Source of the DNA: a virus
DNA length: 64,000 nt
Virus record (IMG/VR): IMGVR_UViG_3300025015_000014
Location: 1-64,000 of that record
Direction: 5' to 3' (one strand)
In this document: one piece after another, positions 9,022-18,429 of the stretch
Layout of the letters: each line of letters opens with the position of its first letter
Position numbering within the stretch: position 1 is the stretch's first letter
The notes under the pieces: generated by a model
What the model was told of the DNA's origin: nothing
What the model saw: the letters and a program-made list of their open reading frames with translations, nothing else
The model's database searches: none
Made by a program: the position numbers and the translations under genes

Positions 9022-10038
9022 TCAGACTCTCCAACCGTTCTGCTCACCATACCGTCTAGCTACTCGTTCTACTAGCTGGTCTTGACTCGGGAACAGACCC
9101 CACACCATTGGTGTGCCCGTGGACGCCTTCTTACCTGTACCAGGCAGGAACCAACTCTGGTCCTGCATGTGATTCAGAACAGCAACAACGTGTTTACAGG
9201 CCCCGTGCTTACCTGTGGGATCCTTGATCACTGGCAAAGAGGCAGTCCCCTTGGGTTTCCCATACAAATATCTCCCAATCAAGGCATGGTGTTCCGGTCC
9301 CTGCCATTGCCAGAAAGGACACGAACAGGATACCAGAAGATCTGCTTTCCGCACATCCTTGACGCCCGGTCGAGCCAGAGCCTTGACCCGAATCCGATAC
9401 ATGTCCCCCATTTTGGATCCAGGCACATCAAACAGCCACAAATGGTTCTTGGCATCCACCCGACGAAGTTTCACGGCCAAGCCATGAGCCCTCTGGGCAA
9501 CAGAGGGACCGCATCTGTCCAGAATCTCCCCTAGATGGACAGCAACTATATGTCGCTCATCCTTGTTTACGAAACCATAGCCATCTGGAATGACCTTGGC
9601 TGATCCGGGGAAACCCGGCTCTAGTTGAGGAACCACTCGGTCTACTTGCACATCCCCAGGAGGAACACCATTGAGATCAGCCCGGTCAAACCATTGACCC
9701 GGTTCCCGATCCATGGGAACCCTCTCGATCATGTCCCCCGTCACATCTGGTCTACGAACAGGGGTAGACCGAGCCGGTGGATCCGGATGTGGACTATCCT
9801 CTCCGGGTTTGCTCAGGGTTCGTGCTCGGTCCCTGGACAAGGACTTCCCATCAGGGGCATCCTCGGGAAGCCCCGGCTTGTTGTATTGCGGCATACCCGT
9901 AGGTTTACTTCGGGTCCAGGGGTCCGGCAGGGCTTGTTGGGAATAACCTGAGTCTGGTTGTGACCCATCAGGATTCTGAACAAAAGTCTGAACCCCCGGT
10001 AACTGAGATGCCGGTTGCTGATAGGCTCCGGATCTCAT
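9022..10038 (-). CDS. SWIM-type zinc-finger protein
   Basis: VSCSCPFW...GACKHVVAVL (CxC-xn-CxH), a Pro-rich N-terminus and C-terminal 'VERVARRY'. Confidence 0.65.
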   Translation of the reverse strand: MRSGAYQQPASQLPGVQTFVQNPDGSQPDSGYSQQALPDPWTRSKPTGMPQYNKPGLPEDAPDGKSLSRDRARTLSKPGEDSPHPDPPARSTPVRRPDVTGDMIERVPMDREPGQWFDRADLNGVPPGDVQVDRVVPQLEPGFPGSAKVIPDGYGFVNKDERHIVAVHLGEILDRCGPSVAQRAHGLAVKLRRVDAKNHLWLFDVPGSKMGDMYRIRVKALARPGVKDVRKADLLVSCSCPFWQWQGPEHHALIGRYLYGKPKGTASLPVIKDPTGKHGACKHVVAVLNHMQDQSWFLPGTGKKASTGTPMVWGLFPSQDQLVERVARRYGEQNGWRV

Positions 10039-10433
10039 TCTCGTCCCGCCAGATACCGTTTGGCCACCCGATCCACCACAGACTCTCGGGATTTCCCACC
10101 CCCACCGAAAGCCGATTGCACAGCTTCGTCCACGAGGGTTTTCTCGGACAACGGGAGTCGGGCCTCCAGGAAATCCTGTCCCATCTTGGCCAATGCCAAG
10201 CCGGTCCGATCCAGGACAACCTCCAACTGTTCCAAACGAGTTGGGACAGCCACGATGATGTCTCCGGCCATTTGGTAAAAGTGCTCTCGATGTTCGGAAG
10301 CGTCGATTAACTCTTGGGCACGGGTAGTCAGATGGCGAAGCCGATGGGCTTCCAATCTGGCCCGAGTCACTCCTTCAGTCAAGAGTGCCCAAGCGGCTTG
10401 GCTACTGGCAGTTTTCTGAACCCTGGTTTTCAT
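10035..10433 (-). CDS. Hypothetical helical protein
   Basis: 132-aa ORF with GAGGAG RBS, ending 'VVDRVAKRYL'. Confidence 0.65.
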   Translation of the reverse strand: MKTRVQKTASSQAAWALLTEGVTRARLEAHRLRHLTTRAQELIDASEHREHFYQMAGDIIVAVPTRLEQLEVVLDRTGLALAKMGQDFLEARLPLSEKTLVDEAVQSAFGGGGKSRESVVDRVAKRYLAGRE

Positions 10434-10476
10434 AGGGACTCCTCTCTAAGGAACCCCTATCAAAGGAAAAATGGGA

Positions 10477-11475
10477 TCAGGCAGCTTGTTGACGTTGGGT
10501 CATTTCAGACCGGATGTGCTTGGCCACGTTGGGCTGTTCCACGGCCAGGATCTGATCTATCAGGGTTGACTGACCCGCGAAGTTCTCAACGGCATCCTTC
10601 ACACGGGTTTTCCAATGCCGTTTCATGTCCCAGGCAAACTCTGGGGGATTGCTGGTTTGGGTTTTTCCGACACTGGCAAGCACACCCGCAGAGACCGCAT
10701 CTGGGAGCAACTCTTCCAGAATGTCTCCTGACCGGGTCTCGGAAACATCCCCCGTGGCCCCTCCCGGTCCCGTCGCCTTGATGTCCTCACCCTGGGGGAC
10801 GGGGGCCGCAATCTTGGTTGTTTTCGGTGGGGGTGCCCCATGAAGGGGATCCAACTGAGCAAGTTGTCGCCGAACAGCCGATGTGTCAGTCATGTCTACG
10901 GTAACCGTAGCAGGCCCCTTGATGCGAGCAACAGCTACAGCCCCCTGATCCTCGACATCCTCAGTCACCACAGCATATTTCTTGACTGGGGCCGGAGCCG
11001 GAGGCGCAGGCTGGGGAGCCGCCACCGGAGGTACGGGTCGAGCCGAAACATGAACCGGGACTGGGGCTGCAACTACCGGTTCTGGGGGAGGGGGTGGAAG
11101 GGTCCGAGGTTTGGCGGCTGCCTCTTTCGTCTTCTGTTGTGATGCAGCCAAAGAACCCACCTGAACCTCATCATCCTCCACTGACATCCCAACCTTCATG
11201 GGGGCACCCCGTTCCGACCCTGTAGACACGGCCGGACGAACCTGAACCCCAGCAGGTTGTGGCACATAATGGATGACAGCAGACCCCGTTGGGACGAGAA
11301 ACCCAGCCTTGATCCCGGACAACAACTTTGGATACGGGTAAAGTTGTCCACCGTATTTCATCGTCGAACCATCAAAGCCCACCACTGCCCCAGAAGGCAG
11401 GGAGAACTTCAGATCCCCGAGGTGTACCTCGGCGACGGCCCGGAAATCCTGAAAGGTCCCTTCCTGAAAATCCAT
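10477..11475 (-). CDS. Hypothetical protein with Pro-rich linker
   Basis: ORF 10477..11517. GAAGGAG precedes the ATG at 11475. Confidence 0.65.
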   Translation of the reverse strand: MDFQEGTFQDFRAVAEVHLGDLKFSLPSGAVVGFDGSTMKYGGQLYPYPKLLSGIKAGFLVPTGSAVIHYVPQPAGVQVRPAVSTGSERGAPMKVGMSVEDDEVQVGSLAASQQKTKEAAAKPRTLPPPPPEPVVAAPVPVHVSARPVPPVAAPQPAPPAPAPVKKYAVVTEDVEDQGAVAVARIKGPATVTVDMTDTSAVRRQLAQLDPLHGAPPPKTTKIAAPVPQGEDIKATGPGGATGDVSETRSGDILEELLPDAVSAGVLASVGKTQTSNPPEFAWDMKRHWKTRVKDAVENFAGQSTLIDQILAVEQPNVAKHIRSEMTQRQQAA

Positions 11476-11583
11476 GTTCACTCCTTCAACTGGGTCCGGG
11501 TGAGAACCCGAACCCACTACACCTTACCGATGCAGAGACACTTTGAGTTTGCTTTTTCGGTAAGAGACCATCCCAAGACCTGT

Positions 11584-12168
11584 TTATGGGGTCTTGGCCG
11601 CTTTGATGGCAGCCAACATAGCCTTTTTGTTCTGGGGGGCAATCCCATCAATCTTGGCCCCGACCTGGGCAGCCAGTTCCCGGAGTTCCTTGACCGACGG
11701 ATACAACCCCTTAAGGGTGGACTTCCCAACCTTCGGAACCGAAGACTTGCCCTTTTTCCCCTTGGAGGGTTTATGTATCTCGGGAAGAACCTGTGCGGCG
11801 GCTTTGATGTCTTGCGCCGTAGGGGCTTTCTTGGTCTTGAGCCGCTCTGCCTTGGCACCCTTCGATTTCCGAGGAGCCTTCTCAGGCAACGGTCCCTTGA
11901 CTGGGACCTCCTCACTAAGAACCAAATCCCCCTCAGTAGTCACATCGAAATACATGGGGGTCTTGAAGCCGCGACAGATTGCCACACCAACAGCCAGAGT
12001 CTTGGCTAGGGGGTTGTCGAGAGCCTTGCGGATCTCGTCCTTCACCTTGTCGGCCTCGATGCTCATCTCGATCAACCGAACAAGTAACGAACGGGTCTCA
12101 CCGAGAACGACAGCGGCAATGTTTTCGGGCACACTCCGATCCAAGGAAGTTGTCTTCGTGCGTGGCAT
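11584..12168 (-). CDS. Lys-rich protein with C-terminal Rho-N/HeH-like helical motif
   Basis: AAGGAG upstream of MPRTKT. C-terminus 'SVKELRELAAQVGAKI...KKAMLAAI' resembles Rho-N/HeH nucleic-acid-binding motifs. Confidence 0.5.
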   Translation of the reverse strand: MPRTKTTSLDRSVPENIAAVVLGETRSLLVRLIEMSIEADKVKDEIRKALDNPLAKTLAVGVAICRGFKTPMYFDVTTEGDLVLSEEVPVKGPLPEKAPRKSKGAKAERLKTKKAPTAQDIKAAAQVLPEIHKPSKGKKGKSSVPKVGKSTLKGLYPSVKELRELAAQVGAKIDGIAPQNKKAMLAAIKAAKTP

Positions 12169-12329
12169 ATCGTCTTTCTCCTTCCACCCCTGTTTTAGGG
12201 GGTATTCCGGTTTATGCCCCAGACTCAAGGGTTTGTCCACCCTTTTGTGAACTGGGCACCCGACATGTTACCCAACACACGATGAAACCGCTCATTGAAT
12301 CTGCTCCGGCTTCAAGCCCACAAGTTGCC

Positions 12330-12445
12330 TTAAGGCTTCACGCTGTTCATCACCTGGTAAGTGCCAAACAGTCGTGCAATCTCGGTTGGACTTGATAGAG
12401 ATCTTGCAACACCGCCAAGGATAACCCTTCAGGGATAGCAATCAT
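12330..12445 (-). pseudogene. Frameshifted remnant of an HTH-containing gene
   Basis: GGAGG RBS and ATG at 12445 give MIAIPEGLSLAVLQDLYQVQ... (31 aa). A -1 shift continues as TEIARLFGTYQV, an HTH-like segment, and stops at 12330. Confidence 0.4.
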
Positions 12446-12479
12446 ACTGGAATCCTCCCACCTTGGACACTCTCCCACA

Positions 12480-12509
12480 TGAATACATCGCCACGAATCC
12501 AGTTGTCAA
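12480..12509 (-). promoter_or_regulatory. Sigma70-like promoter (TTGACA-N18-TATTCA)
   Basis: Perfect -35 TTGACA at 12509-12504, in an intergenic gap upstream of the RBS/ATG at 12445. The -10 element is imperfect. Confidence 0.4.
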
Positions 12510-12571
12510 CTGTTAGTTTAGGTGTGCGGAAAATATGCAATCAAGGAGGGTTGAAGGAATGTGCAAGTAGA

Positions 12572-12605
12572 GGGTTCCTCAGAGTTATGAAACCCTGAGG
12601 AACCC
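12572..12605 (-). terminator. Stem-loop downstream of the major capsid gene
   Basis: 11-bp perfect inverted repeat gggttcctcag/ctgaggaaccc about 25 nt after the MCP stop. The U-tract is weak. Confidence 0.55.
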
Positions 12606-12629
12606 CTTCAAGTCAGCGGAATCTCAGGA

Positions 12630-13502
12630 CTAACGAGTGACAGTCAGGCGAGTCAACCCACGCGGGTTGAAAGCACCCAGACCCAGATTCTCAAACACTG
12701 AGAATCCGATGGTCCGAGCCTTGGGATCATCGGCTGAAAGGACGGTCAGCTCCGTCCTAACGGGGATGCGGCCAAAATGCTCGGGCTCGCAGCAAACGTA
12801 GATCGTTCCCACCGGCACCAACCGGCTCGTGATGACCTGAGCACCCCAGAGGGTTGCCATCAGACCGGTCTTGAGCAGGGTGGCCTGGCTTTCGATGTCC
12901 AGAATGTCCCGACCGAACTTGCGGAGGTCTGCGTAGTCGCGTGCGTTCATGTAAACGCGGGCCACACGCAGGTCATGCCGCTCGATGAGCGAGAATGCAT
13001 CTGCGAGCACCGCACCCGTGATGGGGGCGATGACCGGGATGTCCGGGTTCATCTGAGCCGGGAGGCTGTCGAAGCCCGCCGTTGCGATAGCGTCGAGGAC
13101 CGCGAAAACACGCTCATCCTCGGCGGCCTGGATGGTCGCCTTGGCCAGTTCCTGGGAACGCTCGATCAGGTCGAACCGACGTTCCTTGATCTGGGTAAGC
13201 GGGATTTCCGGGTTCGATGCAATCTCGAACAGCGGGAAGATCACACGACGGGGCTTCGTGATGGCGAGGATGTTCTGTCCTTCCTCACCGACCACGTATG
13301 CGCTCACGTCTGGATCCTTGTCATAGATCGGCAACGCACCATCCGGAAGCTGCTCGACCAAGAAGGTCTTGCGGCCAACGGCAGCGTAATCACGCCGGGT
13401 ACGGAGTGGCTGGGTCATTGATGCAGCGAGTTTGGCACGACCCTGTGGGGTCTTGATGTACTCGCCGATGAGCTTCTGCTTCAGGGCATTGCTTGCACTC
13501 AT
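12630..13502 (-). CDS. Major capsid protein (HK97 fold, short 290-aa type)
   Basis: GRAKLAASMTQPLR..RDY...GRK.F.VEQLP.GALP.YDKD, FEIASNP, 'IQAAEDERVF' and 'TLWGAQVITSRLVP.G' resemble HK97-fold MCPs of large phages. It follows the protease, scaffold and decoration genes, and has an AGGAGG RBS. Confidence 0.88.
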   Translation of the reverse strand: MSASNALKQKLIGEYIKTPQGRAKLAASMTQPLRTRRDYAAVGRKTFLVEQLPDGALPIYDKDPDVSAYVVGEEGQNILAITKPRRVIFPLFEIASNPEIPLTQIKERRFDLIERSQELAKATIQAAEDERVFAVLDAIATAGFDSLPAQMNPDIPVIAPITGAVLADAFSLIERHDLRVARVYMNARDYADLRKFGRDILDIESQATLLKTGLMATLWGAQVITSRLVPVGTIYVCCEPEHFGRIPVRTELTVLSADDPKARTIGFSVFENLGLGAFNPRGLTRLTVTR

Positions 13503-13514
13503 TGGTTTTCCTCC

Positions 13515-14219
13515 TTAAACCCGCAGGTCGAACACAACTTCGGTCTGGACTGCGTCCGGAGGCATCTTGACGACGCCCAACCGAGTTGCGCTGCTGGCTG
13601 CATTCTGGACAAACGACTCTGCCGACACAGTGGCGATATCGGCATTGTAACGGACACCATCGAGTCCGATGACCTCGGTCGGCATGATGAAACCGTTCCG
13701 GGAGGACATCAGGAGGTTACCGACACGGTACGTGATGGCTGCGCCTACGATGGCCTGAACTGCCTGAACCTGGGCGATCAGGTTTGTCTCGTAGAGTGCC
13801 GAGGCATGGGTGCCCATGGCACAGACATAAGGGCATACGCCAGAGGCCACTGCCGGGGTGTTCTCGTAATCGTTGCCGGTTGCGGAGTTGATGAACAGAC
13901 CAAGTGCCCGGTACCCGATGGCCCAAGCCGGAGTCGCGGTCGTCACGAGAACCGCCTGAACAGCGGCTGACCCTGGACCCCCGATGAAATTGGACCCGCC
14001 ATCCGGACGGCAAAATGCCACCGAACCAGACAGAACGCCGAGAGCGGTCGTGTCCACGCGGGTCGAGACGGTCCCTACGGTTGTTACCGCAGTTGGGTTG
14101 GTCTGGGTGAGAGAATCATCCGTGATCACCCCGATTGAGTTCCTGACCCCGAGGTTCAGGATACGGAGTTGAGATGAACTCTCAGTCCAACCACCCGATG
14201 CTTGTCCAAGAAGCGGCAT
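13515..14219 (-). CDS. Probable capsid decoration/cement protein
   Basis: Immediately upstream of the MCP. Beta-rich with 'ALGLFINSA.G..YENTPAVASG...Y' and 'LGVVKMPP'. Confidence 0.6.
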   Translation of the reverse strand: MPLLGQASGGWTESSSQLRILNLGVRNSIGVITDDSLTQTNPTAVTTVGTVSTRVDTTALGVLSGSVAFCRPDGGSNFIGGPGSAAVQAVLVTTATPAWAIGYRALGLFINSATGNDYENTPAVASGVCPYVCAMGTHASALYETNLIAQVQAVQAIVGAAITYRVGNLLMSSRNGFIMPTEVIGLDGVRYNADIATVSAESFVQNAASSATRLGVVKMPPDAVQTEVVFDLRV

Positions 14220-14310
14220 GTTTTTTCTCCTCTGCTGATGCTTCTCGCTGTTAGCCGGGTGCGGCTAAAAGGCGGAAGACCTTCCCCCGCCCTCACTTAT
14301 ATGGGTACCG

Positions 14311-14327
14311 GTATAAACCAGTTACCG
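14311..14327 (-). promoter_or_regulatory. Candidate phage late promoter (CGGTAA-N5-TTAT)
   Basis: Minus strand CGGTAACTGGTTTATAC upstream of the decoration and MCP genes. Confidence 0.5.
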
Positions 14328-14368
14328 AAAAGGGCATGTCGATTTTTGATGTTCGGGGGTTGGGAGAC

Positions 14369-14400
14369 TTTCCAGGTTCCCCTTTGAGGGAACCTGGAAA
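14369..14400 (-). terminator. Stem-loop after the scaffold gene
   Basis: 13-bp perfect inverted repeat tttccaggttccc/gggaacctggaaa with a 6-nt loop, 11 nt after the stop at 14412. Confidence 0.55.
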
Positions 14401-14411
14401 GGTTCAACGAA

Positions 14412-16337
14412 CTATGAGTTCTTGGAAGAAGGAACTCCGAACACTTCGGACACATCGGGGTCCGAGGCCCAGAGGCTGGAAAGGTTGTCGATCTCGGAAG
14501 CTCCAGAAGCCGTTTTGGCTACCGCACCGAGCCGCTTGACGCCCGTGCTGGGCTTACGAGGCTGGGGCCGCTGGCTAGCCGTCTTGGAAGCCTTCTTGGC
14601 TTCCTTGGGCTCCTCATCCTCATCCGCAGCCTCGAACTCGATGTCGTCGGCATCCTCGTCATCATCCGACTTCTTGGCCTTCTTGGCTTCCTTGGGTTCC
14701 TCAGCCTCGTCATCCTCCTCATCGGACTTCTTGGCCTTCTTCCCCTTCTTGGCTTCCTTGGGCTCCTCAGCCTCGTCATCCTCGGATTCCTTGGCATCAG
14801 GTTCCTCGGCCTCGTCATCCTCGTCCTCTGACTTCTTGGCCTTCTTGCCCTTCTTGGCTTCTTTCGGCTCATCAGCCTCGTCATCGACTTCGACTTCTTC
14901 GTCATCCTCGGCACCGAAGATTGCACGAAGCAAAGAATCGTTCTCGGTCAGAACCGGGGTATCCCCCAAGCCCATCGGGTCGCCACTCGTGGCAAAAGTC
15001 ATATCAGCAACGGCCTTCTTGCCCTTGCCTTCCTTGACCTCGGGCTCGTCATCACCCTCTTCCGGTTCGTCCCCTTCAGCCTCATCCTCGTCCTCTGACT
15101 TCTTGGCCTTCTTGCCCTTCTTGGCTTCCTTCGGCTCCTCATCCTCGGCATCGACTTCTTCGTCGTCCTCGGACTTCTTGGCCTTCTTGGCCTTCTTGGC
15201 TTCCTTGGGTTCCTCAGCCTCGTCATCCTCGGATTCCTTGGCATCAGGTTCCTCAACCTCGTCATCCTCGTCCTCTGACTTCTTGGCCTTCTTCCCCTTC
15301 TTGGCTTCCTTCGGCTCATCAGCCTCGTCATCGACTTCTTCGTCATCCTCGGACTTCTTGGCTGCCTTGCACGCCTTCTGCTCCATCTCGGCCAGAAGCA
15401 TCTCGTCTTCAGGGCTCAGAAGTTCATCCTGGGCCATCGGCTCTTCGCCACATGCCTGAAGTGCCTCGTCGAGAGCCAGGATGTCATCGTTGTCAGTATC
15501 AAGAGCCATGAAGATGCGGGGGTTGCCCTGCCAATCGGCCTTCATGATGAAACCATCGCCATCCGTATCGGCTGCCCGAAGCATGGAAGCAATCCGCTTG
15601 CGAGAGGCGGTCTTCTTGGCTTCCTCTTCCGACTTTGGTTTCGGAGCCAGAGTCGGACCCTTCGGGTCATTCTGATCTGCCGACTTCATGCCCTTGACCT
15701 TGGCCAACAGAGTCTCCATCTGAGCCATGACATCGTCCAACTCAGACTTCTTGCCCTCCTCGGGAACATCACCCTGAGCCAAGAGAGCATCGAGAGGATC
15801 CTGACCCTGAATGGCCATGTCCCCGCAAGACTGCACTTCATCAAGTGGATCTGCGGCAACTTCGGAGGGTACTTCTTCCTCGGCCAGGAAATCACCACTG
15901 AGACGGTCGAATGTTGCCTGAAGGGCCTCATCCGGCATGTCCATGAGATCAAGAGCCTGCTCTTCGATCTGATCTTCGTTTGCCGTCTTGCCCATCATGG
16001 AACGCGCAACGGCCACGGCCTTCGCGGCCTTGCGCATCACGGCAGCCTTCAGACTGCGGGCGTTCTTCGGGTTGCGGGCTGGATCCTCATGGGCCGGATG
16101 ATCCTTGTCCTCAACATCGTAGCCGGGAGTGGCCGGAGGATTGCCCTGCGGGTACGGCGGAGCCTTCGGGGTTTCGGCCCAGGCGTCCGGGTCACCCTTG
16201 GCATAGGCAGCCTGTGCCGGGTCCGGCTGATGAGCCGGATGATCCTGGTCTTCGGTTCCGTAACCGGGGGTGGCTGGCGGGGCAGACGCATTCCGGTCTG
16301 CCGCCCACGTCGTGCGCTTACGAATAGGGGTACTCAT
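14412..16337 (-). CDS. Putative prohead scaffold/core protein with an EF-hand pair and charged repeats
   Basis: Lies between the protease and the capsid genes. Very D/E/K-rich, with EF-hand loops DTDGDGFIMKAD and DTDNDDILALDE. Confidence 0.65.
   Translation of the reverse strand: MSTPIRKRTTWAADRNASAPPATPGYGTEDQDHPAHQPDPAQAAYAKGDPDAWAETPKAPPYPQGNPPATPGYDVEDKDHPAHEDPARNPKNARSLKAAVMRKAAKAVAVARSMMGKTANEDQIEEQALDLMDMPDEALQATFDRLSGDFLAEEEVPSEVAADPLDEVQSCGDMAIQGQDPLDALLAQGDVPEEGKKSELDDVMAQMETLLAKVKGMKSADQNDPKGPTLAPKPKSEEEAKKTASRKRIASMLRAADTDGDGFIMKADWQGNPRIFMALDTDNDDILALDEALQACGEEPMAQDELLSPEDEMLLAEMEQKACKAAKKSEDDEEVDDEADEPKEAKKGKKAKKSEDEDDEVEEPDAKESEDDEAEEPKEAKKAKKAKKSEDDEEVDAEDEEPKEAKKGKKAKKSEDEDEAEGDEPEEGDDEPEVKEGKGKKAVADMTFATSGDPMGLGDTPVLTENDSLLRAIFGAEDDEEVEVDDEADEPKEAKKGKKAKKSEDEDDEAEEPDAKESEDDEAEEPKEAKKGKKAKKSDEEDDEAEEPKEAKKAKKSDDDEDADDIEFEAADEDEEPKEAKKASKTASQRPQPRKPSTGVKRLGAVAKTASGASEIDNLSSLWASDPDVSEVFGVPSSKNS
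14590..15360 (-). repeat. Intragenic tandem repeats encoding (EPKEAKK-GKKAKKS-acidic)n
   Basis: Seven EPKEAKK units, including a near-identical ~140-bp duplication (about 14745-14890 vs 15190-15335). Confidence 0.9.
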
Positions 16338-17845
16338 TTCTCAACTCCTTTGGCGACCTTGGCGACTCGGGCATCTGCCTGAGCCTGTTTGGTTCCCCGG
16401 TCCATCCGAGAAACCAGGAGACTGAGTCGCCGAAGCGTCCCAACCTCCTGAAGACTAGGTTCACGTCCCAATGCTAGCCTCCCGGCAGCATGTACGTTCT
16501 TTGGGCGGGCTAAAGCAGCCCGATACAGTTGAACTGGAATCTGAATCCCCATCTCCTGATCCAGAGTAGCCAGTCCATTCAGGAAAGCAGCATCCGAGGA
16601 AGCAACCTTGAGCAAGGTTCGCACACCGGCCACATATGCTCTCCGAACTTCAGAACCTTCCTTGACTATACTGTCATTGGGGGCCATAGAAGCATCGGCC
16701 GGAATGTCTACTAATGGTCCCCGCATTTGGTCCTGAACCCGTTGTTTCACCCTGTCTACTAGATGCTTGGTCAGTTCCTCCTCAATCTCTTGAAGTGGAC
16801 TGGCCGGGACTTTCGGAGCAGCCGGAGCAGGAATCTCATCCCCGCCCTTTTCGCCATCAGGTGCCCAACCGGCCAGGGCATCCAAAACATCCCCAGTGAC
16901 CAGAATCTTGGACCGAACCGGAGCAAATGTCCGAAGCACACGAACACCCTGAGAGGAAGCAGCCTTTTGCAAGGCATTCTCATCCCATTGTGGGGGGATA
17001 CTTGCCAAAATCAGTTGAGCTTTCTTGGCCAGGTCTGGGGGCAGTTGCAGGATGTTTCTGGCCACAGCCCCTTTGAAGGCACCGTTGCCTACCCAGGATG
17101 CCTCAATGAACTGAACCCCCCCATGCGGACCAAGACTAGGGTGGCCACACAGTTCCGCAATCCGATGACGCCCACCCTGCTTATCAAAGAAAGTGTTACC
17201 TTTGGCATATTTGACATCGGCGCACATTTCAGTTTCGTCGGCTGCCCAATGGCCACATTTCGTACAAAGGGTCCCGTCCACAGAACAGCCCATAGACAGT
17301 TCACCCATCTCGCCAGACTCAATGTCCCTGACAAGATCGGTATGCTTGCGGTCAGTGGCGATGAGAATGTCAACGTAGATTGAATCTCCGATGTCACGAG
17401 CCACTGCGTCAATGATGCGTCCCCTGGACAGTTCTTCCAGTTGAACGTGTTCAACGAAATTATGCCCCCCGATGAACGTCGGATAGGCCGCCAGAATGAC
17501 TTGGCGATCCCAGGCATCGTAATTGTTGTTGATATACTTATCGGTCTCGGGTTTGATCCGGAAGTCGGCATACTTGCGGTTGATCCTGAAACCATCCTCA
17601 GTGACCGACCCAAGTTTGATCCCGGATGGAGCATAGGTATCAACTGAGGCTATGATCGTAGCGTGGGTTAACAGATAGTTCTGGATGTCGAACGGCCCCC
17701 CAAACATCGAGGCTGCCCGGTCCACCAGGTTTTCCGGGAGCTTGGTCTGTTTGGCAATACGCCCTGCCGTGCGGATCTTGGCCCAAGCCGCACGCGAAAC
17801 ATGCGGTTGAACCACCACGGCTGAGGCATACTTAGCGAAAGGCAT
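16334..17845 (-). CDS. Prohead maturation protease-like protein
   Basis: NFVEH...GRIIDA...VDILIA...LSMGC...C.KCG...C...FIEASWV..GAF fits HK97/assemblin-type prohead proteases with a Zn-ribbon insert. It lies upstream of the scaffold and MCP. Confidence 0.7.
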   Translation of the reverse strand: MPFAKYASAVVVQPHVSRAAWAKIRTAGRIAKQTKLPENLVDRAASMFGGPFDIQNYLLTHATIIASVDTYAPSGIKLGSVTEDGFRINRKYADFRIKPETDKYINNNYDAWDRQVILAAYPTFIGGHNFVEHVQLEELSRGRIIDAVARDIGDSIYVDILIATDRKHTDLVRDIESGEMGELSMGCSVDGTLCTKCGHWAADETEMCADVKYAKGNTFFDKQGGRHRIAELCGHPSLGPHGGVQFIEASWVGNGAFKGAVARNILQLPPDLAKKAQLILASIPPQWDENALQKAASSQGVRVLRTFAPVRSKILVTGDVLDALAGWAPDGEKGGDEIPAPAAPKVPASPLQEIEEELTKHLVDRVKQRVQDQMRGPLVDIPADASMAPNDSIVKEGSEVRRAYVAGVRTLLKVASSDAAFLNGLATLDQEMGIQIPVQLYRAALARPKNVHAAGRLALGREPSLQEVGTLRRLSLLVSRMDRGTKQAQADARVAKVAKGVEK

Positions 17846-18418
17846 TTAGACACCTTCCCCAAGAGCGGGTTCCTCGAAGATGTCGTCCCTTTTTATGAGG
17901 AATAGGCATTCGGGACAACCATAAAGCCTCTCGGACTGACCTTCCACACGCTTGTAGATGGCTTTGCGGAGGGTTGCCGATTTGCATTTCGGACAGGTAT
18001 ATGACCTACCCTCGCACTCCTGGGCTGTGGCCTTGTACTTACGGTCGGCAGCCGCCCAATAGAGTGCCTTCTTGACCCAGGTTTCAGCGACACGCCGGAC
18101 AGAAGCCTGCACATCAGGGCCACTGGAAACCCCAACGGTGCCTTCCCCGGCTGGCACTGTGGTGTGCTTCTCATCCGGGGTCTGGACATGGTTCTCAGTA
18201 TCAAACCGTTGGAGGTCTTCCACGGGGTAGCGTTTCACTCCCGAGGGGAATTCCACATCTACCATCCCGATAGCAGGAAACACGGCAACCACGGTACCGG
18301 CAAAGTTGGCCAGGTTGGCTGCCCCCTCGGCGAAAGGTACAGCCCGATCCCCAACAGCGAATTCCTGGCCTCGCTCTTGAAAGTTGGGGGTTGCAGCAGT
18401 CACCCTAGCCTTTGGCAT
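17846..18418 (-). CDS. Hypothetical protein (SH3-like N-domain plus CPKC/CPEC zinc ribbon)
   Basis: FAVGDRAV...GTVVAV...VDVEFP, then 'VRRVAETW', then CPKC...CPEC. Confidence 0.65.
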   Translation of the reverse strand: MPKARVTAATPNFQERGQEFAVGDRAVPFAEGAANLANFAGTVVAVFPAIGMVDVEFPSGVKRYPVEDLQRFDTENHVQTPDEKHTTVPAGEGTVGVSSGPDVQASVRRVAETWVKKALYWAAADRKYKATAQECEGRSYTCPKCKSATLRKAIYKRVEGQSERLYGCPECLFLIKRDDIFEEPALGEGV

Positions 18419-18429
18419 CGGATCCCTCG

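Noticed and set aside
12630-13502. Encapsulin interpretation of the short HK97-fold protein
   Set aside because: Terminase, portal and protease genes in the same cluster indicate a true phage capsid.
14590-15360. Repeats as a possible CRISPR array
   Set aside because: The units are in-frame coding repeats of variable length without unique spacers, and no cas operon is present. The RecB/Cas4-like nuclease sits in a replication context.
14422-15459. 345-aa Ser-rich plus-strand ORF
   Set aside because: It is the antisense reading of the D/E/K repeats of the scaffold gene.
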